A stretch of 64,000 bases of DNA from Neocallimastix sp. 'constans' (Eukaryota): the NCBI GenBank assembly GCA_050613775.1, contig JBODTK010000131.1, positions 186,001-250,000 of the forward strand. The letters run 5' to 3'. The first letter of the stretch is position 1, and the number at the start of each line of letters is the position of its first letter. Made by a program: the position numbers and the translations under genes. A model generated the notes under the pieces. That model had not been told where the DNA came from. It saw only the letters and a program-made list of their open reading frames with translations, and ran no database searches. Positions 50,588 through 63,080 of the stretch are shown in pieces.

Positions 50588-53055
50588 GTTATAATTGCAT
50601 AATTAGTATATTTTTAATTTATTAATTATTGTAAACAATAAAAATTAGAATTTACTATCTTTTATTTATACAGCGAATTTATTAAAAATTCTTTTATTAT
50701 AAAAAATAATAAAAAAAATTGATTGTATAATAAAAAATATATATATATATAAAAAAGGAAAAACTCATTTTTTAATTATATAGAATATGAACTACATTAA
50801 AATAATATATAAAAAAAATTAAAATTAAAAAAAGTAATAATATAAAAAAATAAAAAATTTATATAAAAAAAAATTTATATAAAAAAAAAATTTTTTTTAT
50901 CATATTATCATATTTTTTTTATGTTGTTATTCTATTATAGTTTTTAGTATTAAAACACTTAATTCTTCTTCTGGACGTTCTTATTTAATCATCAATTTCG
51001 TTTCATTTTGATATGCGGGACTTTTATGTGCTACTAATTTTAATAGTATCGTTATATTTAATTAACCTTTATTAATATATTTTAATTTATAAAACCCAAT
51101 TAACCAAGGGTCTTCTCCAAATTAAAAAGGTGTAAAAATGATCAATTAAATTATTCAGATATTATTTTTTAATATTTTTTTTAATAATTATTTTTTAATT
51201 TTAATATGTTATATTTTAAACTATTATTCTTTACATCTTTTAAATTATTAATACTTTTTTTTATATATATAAAATTATTATTAATCATATATATTTATTG
51301 AAATATTATAAAACGTTTAAAATGTATAATAAAATATTTTATTTCTTTAAAGCTTTAATTCTAATGAATATTTATTATTATATAATGTATATTTATTATA
51401 TATAAGTATATATATTTTTTTCATTTTGTTAAATATTATATGAATATTTTTTATTTTTTAATAATTTCAGAATAAAAAGATGTTTTTCATTCTTTTTTTT
51501 TTATTTATAACTTTTATAACTTTATCATTGATATGAAAATAATAATAATTATAATAGTAATAATTACAATTATAAAAAATTAAATATAAATATAAATATA
51601 TATTATAATTATATATCATTATTAAAATAAATACAGATAAATAAATAAATAAATATTTTTTTTTTATTTTTGAAGTTTTATTTTTATAATAAAAAATAAA
51701 AACAAAAATATTAAAAAATAAAAAAATAAAAGAATATAAAAAAATATATATAATTATATTTATTAATATAAAAAAAATGATATTAATTATTACTTTAATA
51801 CTCTCTAAATCATATTATATTAAGTAGTAGAAAATTTAATCATTTAACAATTGATAAAAAAAAAATAATAAAATTTTAAAATTTTCAAAATAATTTTAAG
51901 TTATGAAATTTTATTGTTCTGTTTTTTTTTTGTTCTTATTTTTATAATTAGATATAGAATTTCAAATTAAAATGTAAAATAAATAAATAAATAAATAAAA
52001 ATGAATATGGATGATATTTATTATTTTTTTAGTATTTCTTTATATTTTTAAAAATAAAAAGAAATAAAAGAATTAAAAATAATATTATTTTATAATATAT
52101 GATAAATTTCTCTCCGAACACTCTGGTATAAAGAAAAATTTATACAAACGAGACTTCTTTATTACTTATTAAAGTATTTGTAAAAGTGACCTTTTATTAT
52201 TTATATTTACTCTTTATATATAAATAATAGTTTTTTAATATATTAAAAGTTAACTACAAATAAAAATAAAATATTTTTATAAAGTAACACTAATAATTAA
52301 TAAACACGTATATTTAATTATACTAGTTATTCTTATATTTTTTATTTTTTTTAATATTAATATTTCATTATTAAGTTTTCCTTTTTCTTTTCTTTCGTTT
52401 ACTTTTCTTCTTCTCTTCAAAATATACAAAAGTTTACTTGCATTTTATTATTATTATTATTATTATAAAGAACAAAGTTTTAAATTATTAAATATATTTC
52501 TAATATATTATAAATTCTTAAATAACTTAAATTATTAATAAATTTATATTTATATTTCATGATAATACAATTTGTATACAATAATTTCATACATTAAAAT
52601 ATTATGTTTTATTATTAAATTAGTTATTTTCTTATCAATATATGTAAATAATATTTTTATATATAAATAATAATATATTATAGTATATTTATTCATTTAA
52701 TTTTAATAATAAAATATAAAAAATATAATAAATAAATTAGAAAATTAAAATTTTTTTTTTTTTTTTCTTAGATCCAGATATTTTTAAATTTTTTAAATTT
52801 CTTTTAATATTATTTAAAAATAAAATAAAAAAATGGAACTAAAAAAAAATATTATTATTATTATTATTATTAGTATAAAAGAAAAAGAAAATCTTTTATA
52901 GAAAAATTTATTTTTTATTTTTTTAAATGCTTAATATGAATAAAAAAATTAAATAAAAAAATAAAAATATAAAAAAAAATTAATCATAAATTATGAAAAG
53001 TTTTTTTTTAAAAAAAAAAAAAAATTTTTATAAATATAAAAAGAAATTATCAATT

Positions 53056-54317
53056 ATGGTTTCATTAATTGATAATAGTAAAGAAGATTTGAAAAAAGAA
53101 CTTGAATTTGGAATTTCTTATGATAATACTCAAAAAATAAAAAATATTTTAGATTACGCCACAAAAAATAAAATTATTTTGGAATTAAATGAAAAGGATG
53201 AGGATGGAATATATACACTTTTAATGACTATATTACGAAATAATACTAAAATAGTTCAATTGCAAATAGATTATGCCACGGAAAATAAAATTATTTTGGA
53301 ATTAAATGAAATGGATGAATGTGAAGGATGGTATCCACTTTTAACTGCCATAATTAAAAAGAATATTGAAATAGTTCAATTATTAATAGATTATACCACA
53401 AAAAATAAAATTATTTTGGAATTAAATAAACAACGTGAAGATGGATGGTATCCACTTTTAAAAGACACTCATTATAATAATATTGGAATGGTTCATTTAT
53501 TAATATATTATGCCAATAAAAATAAAATTATTTTTCAATTAAATGAAAAAAGTTATTGTGGATATAGTGGATATACACCAATATTTGAGGCAATGCAAAA
53601 TAATAATATTGAAATGTTTAAATTATTGGTGAAATATTCTATAGAAAAAGGAATAAAATTAATAATTAATGAAAATGATATTGAGGAAATGATTTCGGAA
53701 GAATATTACCTTTGTAAATTAAAGAATATTTCAGAAATTAATTTTAAATTCATCGAATTAATCAATTTTTGTAAAAATAAAAATATAATTAATGTAATAT
53801 TCAGCAAAAACAGTTACTTTTTGAAAAAATTTAAAGAATTTAATGAAAATAAAAGAATAGAAAATGAAAGTAAAAAATATGAAGTATTAGAAATTGAAAA
53901 TGAAATAAAGAAAATAGAATTGGAAGAAGAAAAAATGAGAAAGAAAAAATGAAAAAAGAAAATGAAATAATGAGAATAGAATTAGAAGAAGAAAAAAAGG
54001 AGAAAGAAAAAATAAGAAAAGACTTGAAATTACTGAGAATAGAAAAAGAGGGGAAAAAAGAAGAAAAAAAGTTGGAAAGAAAGAATTTTATAATAAAAAA
54101 AATTAATAATAAAAGAGATAATAATGAGACCTTATTAACCTCTGAATGTAAACAAGATAATATTGAAGAAGTTAAAAAATTAATTCATTATGGAATAAAT
54201 ATCAATAAGAAAAATAAAGATGGAGATATACCATTATTAATTTCATGTAAAAATGGAAATATAGAATTAATTAAATATTTATTAAGTGATAAAGAAGTAA
54301 AAGTTAAAATTTCATAA
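53056..54317 (+). pseudogene. Ankyrin-repeat paralogue 7 (3 variable repeats), one frameshift in the coiled coil
   Basis: The homologous start MVSLIDNSKEDL is at 53056. ORFs ending at 53952 and starting at 53949 are consecutive. The shift is in an A-rich tract and could be an error. Confidence 0.8.
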
Positions 54318-55074
54318 AACCTTTTTCTCTCCCTTCTCTTCATTGTAAGTAAATTTTTATTTTATTAATTGCTAAGAAAAAAAATCAAATTAGAATATAC
54401 TATTTTTTATTTATAAAGCAGAATTTATTAAAAATTCTTTTATTATAAATAATAATAATAAAAAATCTTGTATATATAAGATAAATATAAAAAAAAAAAG
54501 GAAAAACACATTTTTTAATTATATAAAATTTAAACTACATTAAATTAATATATAAAAAAAATTAAAATTAAAAAAAAAAAAATAAAATAAAAAAATAAAA
54601 AACTTTTATCAAAAAAAATTTTTTTTGTTATCATATTATCATTTTTTTTTTCATGTTATTATTCTATTATAGTTTTTTAGTATTAAAACATTTAATTCTT
54701 CTTCTGGACGTTAGTGTTTAATTATCAATTTCATTTCATTTCATTTTATTTCAATTATTATGATGAATTCATATAAAGTTAGTTTATATTAAAAAAAAAA
54801 AAAAAAAAAAAAAATTAAAAATAAAATAATAATAATTAAAGTTAATTATAAAAAAATATTGTAAATGTAACTGGTATAAAATAACTATAAAAACTTTAAT
54901 TATTAATAAAATTTTTTCATTAATAATTACATAAAAATAAATTAATAAATCATTTTATACACGTGATATAAATAAAACGTGATTTAATATAACGTGATAA
55001 AAATAAATTTATGTAAATACATAAAATTATACAAGAACATAAAATTAATGTAAACATTAGCGAATATTATTTCG

Positions 55075-55208
55075 GAGTGTGTGTCATTTCGCAAAAATTC
55101 ATTTCGGAAAAGTTTCATTTCGCAAAATTTTTTGTGTCATTTCGCAAAAATTTCATTACGGAAAAGTTTCATTTCGCAAAATTTTAATAAATAGATAAAT
55201 AAATAATA

Positions 55209-55239
<31 letters not shown>

Positions 55240-56558
55240 AAAAAAATAAAAAAAAAAGAATTATAAAATATAAAATAAAAAATATAAAATAAAAAATAAA
55301 GAATAAAAAAAAAAAAAATAAAAAATATAAAATATAAAATATAAAATATAAAATATAAAATATAAAAAAAAAATATAAAATATAAAAATATAAAATATAA
55401 AAATATAAAATAAAAAAAAAAAATATAAAGTATAAAATATAAAAATATAAAATATAAAAAAAATATAAAATATAAAATATAAAATATAAATAAAAAATAA
55501 AAAATAAAAATATAAAATAAAAAATAAAAAATAAAAATAAAAAATATAAAATAAAAAATAAAAAAAAAAATATAAAAAATATAAAAAATATAAAATAAAA
55601 ATATAAAATATAAAATAAAAAAAAATAAAAAATATAAAATAAAAATAAAAATATAAAATAAAAAATATAAAATATAAAATATAAAATATAATTTAAAAAA
55701 TAAAAAAAAATAAATACTATTTAAAATCATCCTAACTTTGTACTACTTTTAACTCCCTTTTTTATGATGTCCTCATCTTTTTTTTTTTTCTTTTAACTGA
55801 ATTATTTATAAATATTTCTTTTATTAAAAAAATTTATTAGCAATTTAAGATTTTTAAAATACTGCGCAAGGACTTAAAAGGTGTAAAATGATCAATTAAT
55901 TATTTAAATATTATTTTTTAATATTTTTTTTAATAATTATATTTTAAATTTAACAATTATATTTTAAATTATTATCCTTTACATCTTTTAAATTATTAAT
56001 ACTTATTTTTTTTATATATATAAAATTCTTATATATATTTTAAAAAATTATAAAACGTTTAAAACATATGATAAAATATTTTATTTTTTTAAAGCGTTAA
56101 TTCTAATGAATATTTATTATTATATAATATATATTTAATATATATATGTCCATATATATATGTATATTTTTTTAAAAAATTTTTAAAATTTATTTATTTA
56201 TTATAGTTTTATATATTTATTTTTATTTATTTAGTTTTTTATTTAAATTATATATATTATTTATTTATTTTATTATTAATTTATTTATTTATTAAAAAAT
56301 TTACGAAATGAAACTTTTCCGAAATGAAATTTGCGAAATGAAACTTTTTATGTAAATTTTCCGAAATGAAACTTTCCGAAATGAAATATTGCGAAATGCT
56401 CCTCCCCCATTTATTTAATTCTTTTTTATTATAATTTGAAATAAAAATTAAAAAATAATGATTTGTGTAACTTAAATCAATACGTTACATTACACTTATA
56501 TTACATTATGATAAACAACTCATGGTATTTCTAATAATGGAGAAGTTTTATATATGAT

Positions 56559-56625
<67 letters not shown>

Positions 56626-57010
56626 TTAGTAAATAAAAAGCAAATTATAATTTATTCAATACATTTAATTATTGTTAAAGAAATTATTAAGTAAATTGTA
56701 TTGTATTTCTATATTTTTATATTTTAATATTTTTATATTTTAATATTTTTATATTTTTTATTTTATATTTTTTATTTTATATATATTTTTTTTATTTTAT
56801 ATTTTTATATTTTATATTTTATATTTTATATTTCTATATTTTATATTTTATATTTTATATTTTATATTTTATAATTCTTTTTTTTTTTTATTTTTTTATT
56901 ATTTATTTATTTATTTTATTATTTATTTATCTATTAAAATTTTGCGAAATGAAACTTTTCCGAAATGAAACTTTTGCGAAATGAACTTTTGCGAGAAATG
57001 ACACACACTC
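55075..57010. mobile_element. Non-autonomous foldback/Mutator-like element with long terminal inverted repeats
   Basis: GAGTGTGTGTCATTTC at 55075 and GAAATGACACACACTC ending at 57010; modular TTTCATTTCG(C/G)AAAA subterminal repeats; inverted similarity continues more than 200 bp inward; no transposase and no clear TSD. Confidence 0.75.
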
Positions 57011-57509
57011 AAATTGTAAACTTGAAATTATTAAGTAAATTGGCATAAAACGTTTTGCAAAGAATAATTATAAAAGAATTATTCTTGCTTTTTTATATTT
57101 TTAATTCATTATAAACTATTTATTTAATTAATTAATTTTAAAGATAATTATAAAGTATTTAAAGTATTTCGTATAAAAAGTATAAAATTAAATATTAAAA
57201 AAAAAGTATTAAAAATAAAGTATTATTCATAAAATAAAAGAATTTTTAATAAATTCTGCTCTATAAATATATTTTATATAATTAAATAAAGAGTTTTTCC
57301 TTTTTTTTCCTTTTTTTTTCAAATTTTTTTTTATTATACATTCCATTTATTATTATTATTATTAGCAATAAAAGAATTTTTAATAAATTCTGCTCTATAA
57401 ATATAAGATAGTAAATTCTAATCTTTATTGTTTACAATAATTAATAATTAATAAAATAAATTCTAATTATGAAGAGAAGGGAAAGAAAAGAATTTTATGA
57501 AATTATAAC

Positions 57510-59483
57510 TTAACTTAATAAATATTTAACTAATTCTATATTTCTATTTTTACATGAAATTAATAATGGCGTGTCTCCATCTTTATTTTTCTTATTGATA
57601 TTCATTCCATAATGAATCAATTTTTTAACTTCTTCAATATTACCTTGCTTACATTCAGAGGTCAATAAGTTCTCATTATTATCTCTTTTATTATTAATTT
57701 TTTTCACTAGATAATTCTTCTTTTCCAATTTTTTCTTTTCTTTTTCCTCTTTTTCTATTCTTAGTAATTCCAAATCTTTTTTTATTTTTTCTTTCTCCTT
57801 TTTTTCTTTTTCCAATTTTATTTCTGTTATTTCATTTTCAATTTCTAATACTTCATAATCCCTATTTTCATTTTCTATTCTTTCATTCTTATTAATTTTA
57901 TTAAATTTTTTCAAAAAGTAACTCTTTCTGCTGAATATTACTTCAATTATATTTTTATTTTTACAAAAATTGATTAATTCGATAAATTTATAATTAATTT
58001 TTGAAATATTCTTTAATTTACAAAGGTAATATTTTTTTGAAATCATTTTTTCAATATCATTTTCATCAATTCTTAATTTTATTCCTTTTTCTATGGAATA
58101 TTCCACCAACATTTTAAACATTTCAATATTATTATTTTGCATTGCCCCAAATATTGGAATATATCCACAATCCTTTTTTTCATTTAATTCTAAAATAATT
58201 TTATTTTTATTGGCATAATCCATTAATAAATGAACCATTTCAACATTATTGTAATAAGTGGCAACTAAAAGTGGATACCATCCATATTCATCTTTTTCAT
58301 TTAATTCTAAAATAATTTTATTTCTATTGGCATAATCCATTAATAATTGAACCATTTCAATATTATTACAAGAAGTGGCATATAAAAGTGGATACTCTCC
58401 ATAATTATTTTTTTCATTTAATTCTAAAATAATTTTATTTTCAGTGGCATAATCTATTAATAATTTAACCATTTCAATATTATTATGATAAGTGGCTTTT
58501 AAAAGTGGATACTCTCCATAATTATTTTTTTTATTTAATTCTAAAATAATTTTATTTTCAGTGGCATAATCTATTAATAATTTAACCATTTCAATATTAT
58601 TATGATAAGTGGCTTTTAAAAGTGGATACTCTCCATAATTATTTTTTTTATTTAATTCTAAAATAATTTTATTTTCAGTGGCATAATCTATTAACAATTG
58701 AAATATTTCAATATTATTCTTATCTGTGGCTTTTAAAAGTGGATACTCTCCATAATTATTTTTTTCATTTAATTTCAAAATAATTTTATTTTCAGTGGCA
58801 TAATCTATTAACAATTTAACTATTTTAATATTATTATTATCAATGGCTTTTAAAAGTGGATACTCTCCATAATAATATTTTTCATTTAATTCTAAAATAA
58901 TTTTATTTTTATTGGCATAATCTATTAACAATTGAACTATTTTAATATTATTATTTTCAATGGCTTTTAAAAGTGGATAATATCCATATTTATTTTTTTC
59001 ATTTAATTTCAAAATAATTTTATTTTTATTGGCATAATCAATTAATAATTGAACTATTTCAAAATTATTTTCATAAGTGGCTTTTAAAAGTGGATAATAT
59101 CCATATTTATTTTTTTCATTTAATTTCAAAATAATTTTATTTTTATTGGCATAATCAATTAACAATTGAACTATTTCAATATTACAATAAGTGGCTCTTA
59201 AAAGTGGATAACTTCCATATTTATTTTTTTCATTTAATTTCAAAATAATTTTATTTTCAGTGGCATAATCTATTAACAATTGAACTATTTCAATATTATT
59301 ATAAGAAGTGGCTCTTAAAAGTGAATTATATCCATCTTCATCTTTTTCATTTAATTCTAAAATAATTTTATTTTTAGTGGCATAATCTAAAATAGTTTTT
59401 ACTTTTTGAGTATTCCCACTTCTAATTTCCTTATTAAGTTCTTCTTTCAAATCTTTTTTACTTTTATCAATAAATAAATCCAT
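57510..59483 (-). CDS. Ankyrin-repeat paralogue 8 (657 aa, 10 variable repeats)
   Basis: Intact ORF; tandem 117-bp units, with repeats 7 and 8 identical in protein. Confidence 0.92.
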   Translation of the reverse strand: MDLFIDKSKKDLKEELNKEIRSGNTQKVKTILDYATKNKIILELNEKDEDGYNSLLRATSYNNIEIVQLLIDYATENKIILKLNEKNKYGSYPLLRATYCNIEIVQLLIDYANKNKIILKLNEKNKYGYYPLLKATYENNFEIVQLLIDYANKNKIILKLNEKNKYGYYPLLKAIENNNIKIVQLLIDYANKNKIILELNEKYYYGEYPLLKAIDNNNIKIVKLLIDYATENKIILKLNEKNNYGEYPLLKATDKNNIEIFQLLIDYATENKIILELNKKNNYGEYPLLKATYHNNIEMVKLLIDYATENKIILELNKKNNYGEYPLLKATYHNNIEMVKLLIDYATENKIILELNEKNNYGEYPLLYATSCNNIEMVQLLMDYANRNKIILELNEKDEYGWYPLLVATYYNNVEMVHLLMDYANKNKIILELNEKKDCGYIPIFGAMQNNNIEMFKMLVEYSIEKGIKLRIDENDIEKMISKKYYLCKLKNISKINYKFIELINFCKNKNIIEVIFSRKSYFLKKFNKINKNERIENENRDYEVLEIENEITEIKLEKEKKEKEKIKKDLELLRIEKEEKEKKKLEKKNYLVKKINNKRDNNENLLTSECKQGNIEEVKKLIHYGMNINKKNKDGDTPLLISCKNRNIELVKYLLS

Positions 59484-59587
59484 AATTTTTAAATTTTTTT
59501 TTTTATTTTATTTTATTTTTTAAGTTTCTAATAAAAGAATGAAATTATTTATAATTTATGTTTAATTTTTTTTTTATAATTTATTAA

Positions 59588-59627
<40 letters not shown>

Positions 59628-60578
59628 TTTTATTAATTTATTTTATGAATTTAAAAAAAAAAAATTTTTTTTTATGAAAAATTTTCTTTTCTTTTTATAC
59701 AAATAAAAATCATTTATAAAAATTTTTTTAGTTCCATTTTTTTTAATAAATCTTTTAATTGCTATTTATGTCCATAAATAAAAAAAAAGATTAAGAATTA
59801 ATAATAAATCATAAAAATAATTAAAAAAGTATTTATTAATAAATAATAAATAATTGAGTAATAAATAATTATAAATAATAATAAATAATAAATAATTGAA
59901 TAATAAATAATAATAAAAATAATTAAATAATATAATAATAAATAAATAATGAATAGTAAATAAATAATAAATAGTAAATAAATAATAAATAAATAATAAA
60001 TAATTAAACAGTAAATAGTAAATAATAACTAAACAAATAAATAAATAAATAATAAATAATAAATAATTGAATAATAAATAATAAATAATAAATAATAAAT
60101 AATTGAAATTGAATAATAAATAATTAAATAATTAAATAATTAAATAATAAAAAATAAATAAATAATATTTAATAAATAATAAATAATAAAATAAAAAAAA
60201 TAAAAAAATAAATAAAAAAAATAAAAAAATAAAAAAATAAAAAAATAAAAAAATAAAAAAATTGAAATGAAATATTTTTAATGTTGAGTTGAAAATTATT
60301 TAAATTTTTTTTTTAATTTTATTTTTTTTATATATTATTTTAATGTAGTTTATATTTTATATAATTAAAAAAAGAGTTTTTACTTTTTTTTATATTTTTT
60401 TTTTATTATACATTCCATTTTTTATTATTATTATTTATAATAAAAGAATTTTTGATAAATTCTGCTTTATAAATAAAAAATAGTAAATTCTAATCTTTAT
60501 TGTTTATAATAATTAATAATATAAAAATATACTAATTATGAAGAGAAAGGAAAGAAAAGAAATTTATGAAATTATAAC

Positions 60579-61774
60579 TTAATTTAATAAATATTTAACT
60601 AATTCTATATTTCCATTATGTATCTCCATCTTTATTTTTCTTATTGTTATTCATTCCACAATGAATTAATTTTTAAACTTCTTCAATATTACCTAGTTTA
60701 CATTCAGAGGTCAGTAAGGTTTCATTATTATCTCTTTTCTTCTTAATTTTTTCAATTATATAATTCTTCTTTTCCAATTTTTTCTTTTCTTTTTTCTCTT
60801 TTTCTATTCTCAGTAATTCCAAGTCTTTTTTTATTTTTTCTTTCTCCTTTTTTTCTTTTTCCAATTTTTTCTTTTCTTTTTTCTCTTTTTCTATTCTCAG
60901 TAATTCCAAGTCTTTTTTTATTTTTTCTTTCTCCTTTTTTTCTTTTTCCAATTTTTTCTTTTCTTTTTTCTCTTTTTCTATTCTCAGTAATTCCAAGTCT
61001 TTTTTTATTTTTTCTTTCTCGTTTTTTTCTTTTTCCAATTTTATTTCTGTTATTTCATTTTCAATTTCTAATACTTCATAATCCCTATTTTCATTTTCTA
61101 TTCCTTTATTCTTATTAAATTCATTAAATTTTTTCAAAAAGTAACTGCTATTGCTGAATATTACTTCAATTATATTTTTATTTTTATAAAAATAGATTTA
61201 TTTTATAAATTTAGAATTAATTTCTGAAATATTCTTTAATTTACAAAGCGGATATTTTTCTGAAATCATTTTTTCAATATCATTTTCATCAATTCTTAAT
61301 TTAATTCCATTTTCTATAGAATATTCCACCAACATTTTAAACATTTCAATATTATTCCATTGAATTGCCACAAATATTGGAGTAAATTCATAATCCTTTT
61401 TTTCATTTAATTCCAAAATAATTTTATTTTCAGTTGCATAATCGATTAACATTTGAACTATTTCAATATTATTACAATAAGTAGCTCTTAAAAGTGAATT
61501 ATATCCATAATTATTTGTTTTATTTAATTCTAAAATAATTTTATTTATATTGGCATAATCGATTAATAATTGAACTATTTCAATATTATAATAAAAAGTG
61601 GCTTCTAAAAGTGGATACCATCCAATATTATCTTTTTCATTCAAATTCAAAATAATTTTATTTTTAGTGGCATAATCTAAAATTTTTTTTTCCTTTTTGA
61701 GTATTGCCACTTCCAATTTCCTTAATAAGTTCTTCTTTCAAATCTTCTTTACTTTTATCAATAAATGAATTCAT
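60579..61774 (-). pseudogene. Ankyrin-repeat paralogue 9 (2 variable repeats, 3 x 87-bp coiled-coil units), disrupted
   Basis: Homologous ATG at 61774; frameshifts or stops near 61690, 61198 and 60673; small deletion near 60618. Confidence 0.85.
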
Positions 61775-63080
61775 AATTTTTAACATTTTTTTTATTTTTA
61801 TACAATTAATTATTTTGTATTTTTTTATTTTATTTTATTTTTTAAGTTTCTAATAAAAGAATGAAATTATATATAATTTATGTTTAATTTTTTTTTATAA
61901 TTTATTAATATTAATATTATTAATATTATTATTATTATTATTTTTTATTAATTTATTTTATGAATTTAAAAAAAAAAATTTTTTTTTTTATGAAAAATTT
62001 TCTTTTCTTTTTATACTAATAAAAAAAACTTAAAAAAATTTTTTTAGTTCCATTTTTTTTATTTTTTTTAATTTTTAAATTTTTATTTAAATAATTAAAA
62101 AAAAAAAAAAAATAAATTCAAAAATTTGGACCTAAAATCAAAAAATTTTAATTTTTTAATTTTTTTTTTTTTATTATTTAAATTAAATGAATAAATATAA
62201 TGAAATATATTATTAATAAAAATAATATATATTAAAGTATTATTTACATATATTATAAATTAATATTATTTTAAACTCTTTTATTGAATTTTATATCAAT
62301 AAATAAATGAATATATTATAATACATTACAATATATATTAAAATATTATTTTCATATTTAATAAATTATTTTTATTTTAAATTCTTTTAATTGCTATTTA
62401 TGTCCATAAATAAAAAAAAAAAAGATTAAGAATTAATAATAAATAATAAAAATAATTAAATGAGTATTTATTAATAAATAATTAAATAATAAATAATAAA
62501 TAATAAATAATAAATAATAAGTAATAAATAATAAATAATAAATAATAAATAATAAATAATAAATAATAAATAATAAATAATAAATAATAAATAATAAATA
62601 ATAAATAATAAATAATAATTAATAAAAATAATTAAATAATATAATAATAAATAAATAATGAAAAGAGTATTTATTAATAAATAATAAATAATAAATAATA
62701 AATAATAAAATAAAAAAAATAAAATAAAAAAATAAAAAATTGAAATGAAATATTTTTAATGTTGAGTTGAAAATTATTTAAATTCTAATGTTTTTTGCTT
62801 GTAAATTAATTATCATTTCAATTAATTTTAATTTATTTATTTATTTTTTATTTTTATTTTTTGTATTAAAAAAAAAAAAAAAAAATAAATAAATATAAAA
62901 ACTATTACTTTCAATTATTATACCCTCTTCCTTAACTAAAAGTGTAACTAACGTAGGAGTACACATTTGAATAACCTTCTTTAAAATAAACCTTTACATA
63001 TTCCATAAAAGGATCTAAGGTTAACGAACGCCTGCCAACAAACATGAATAACAAAAGAATGATTAATTTAGTATACAAAT

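Noticed and set aside
45600..53950. Programmed frameshifting or phase variation in ankyrin paralogues 5 and 7
   Set aside because: The shifts are at different positions in A/T runs and cannot be told apart from sequencing error or pseudogenisation without reads.
55137..55730. 197-aa F/I/Y/L-rich ORF and similar ORFs (1626, 3557, 13128, 13410, 14876, 27280, 30331, 41103, 49044, 49049)
   Set aside because: These are translations of AT-rich simple repeats with no coding signal.
24117..61774. Diversity-generating retroelement (RT genes interleaved with hypervariable repeats)
   Set aside because: The RTs are ordinary LINE and LTR types with their own poly-A/TSD or LTRs. I see no non-coding template repeat and could not show adenine-specific variation.
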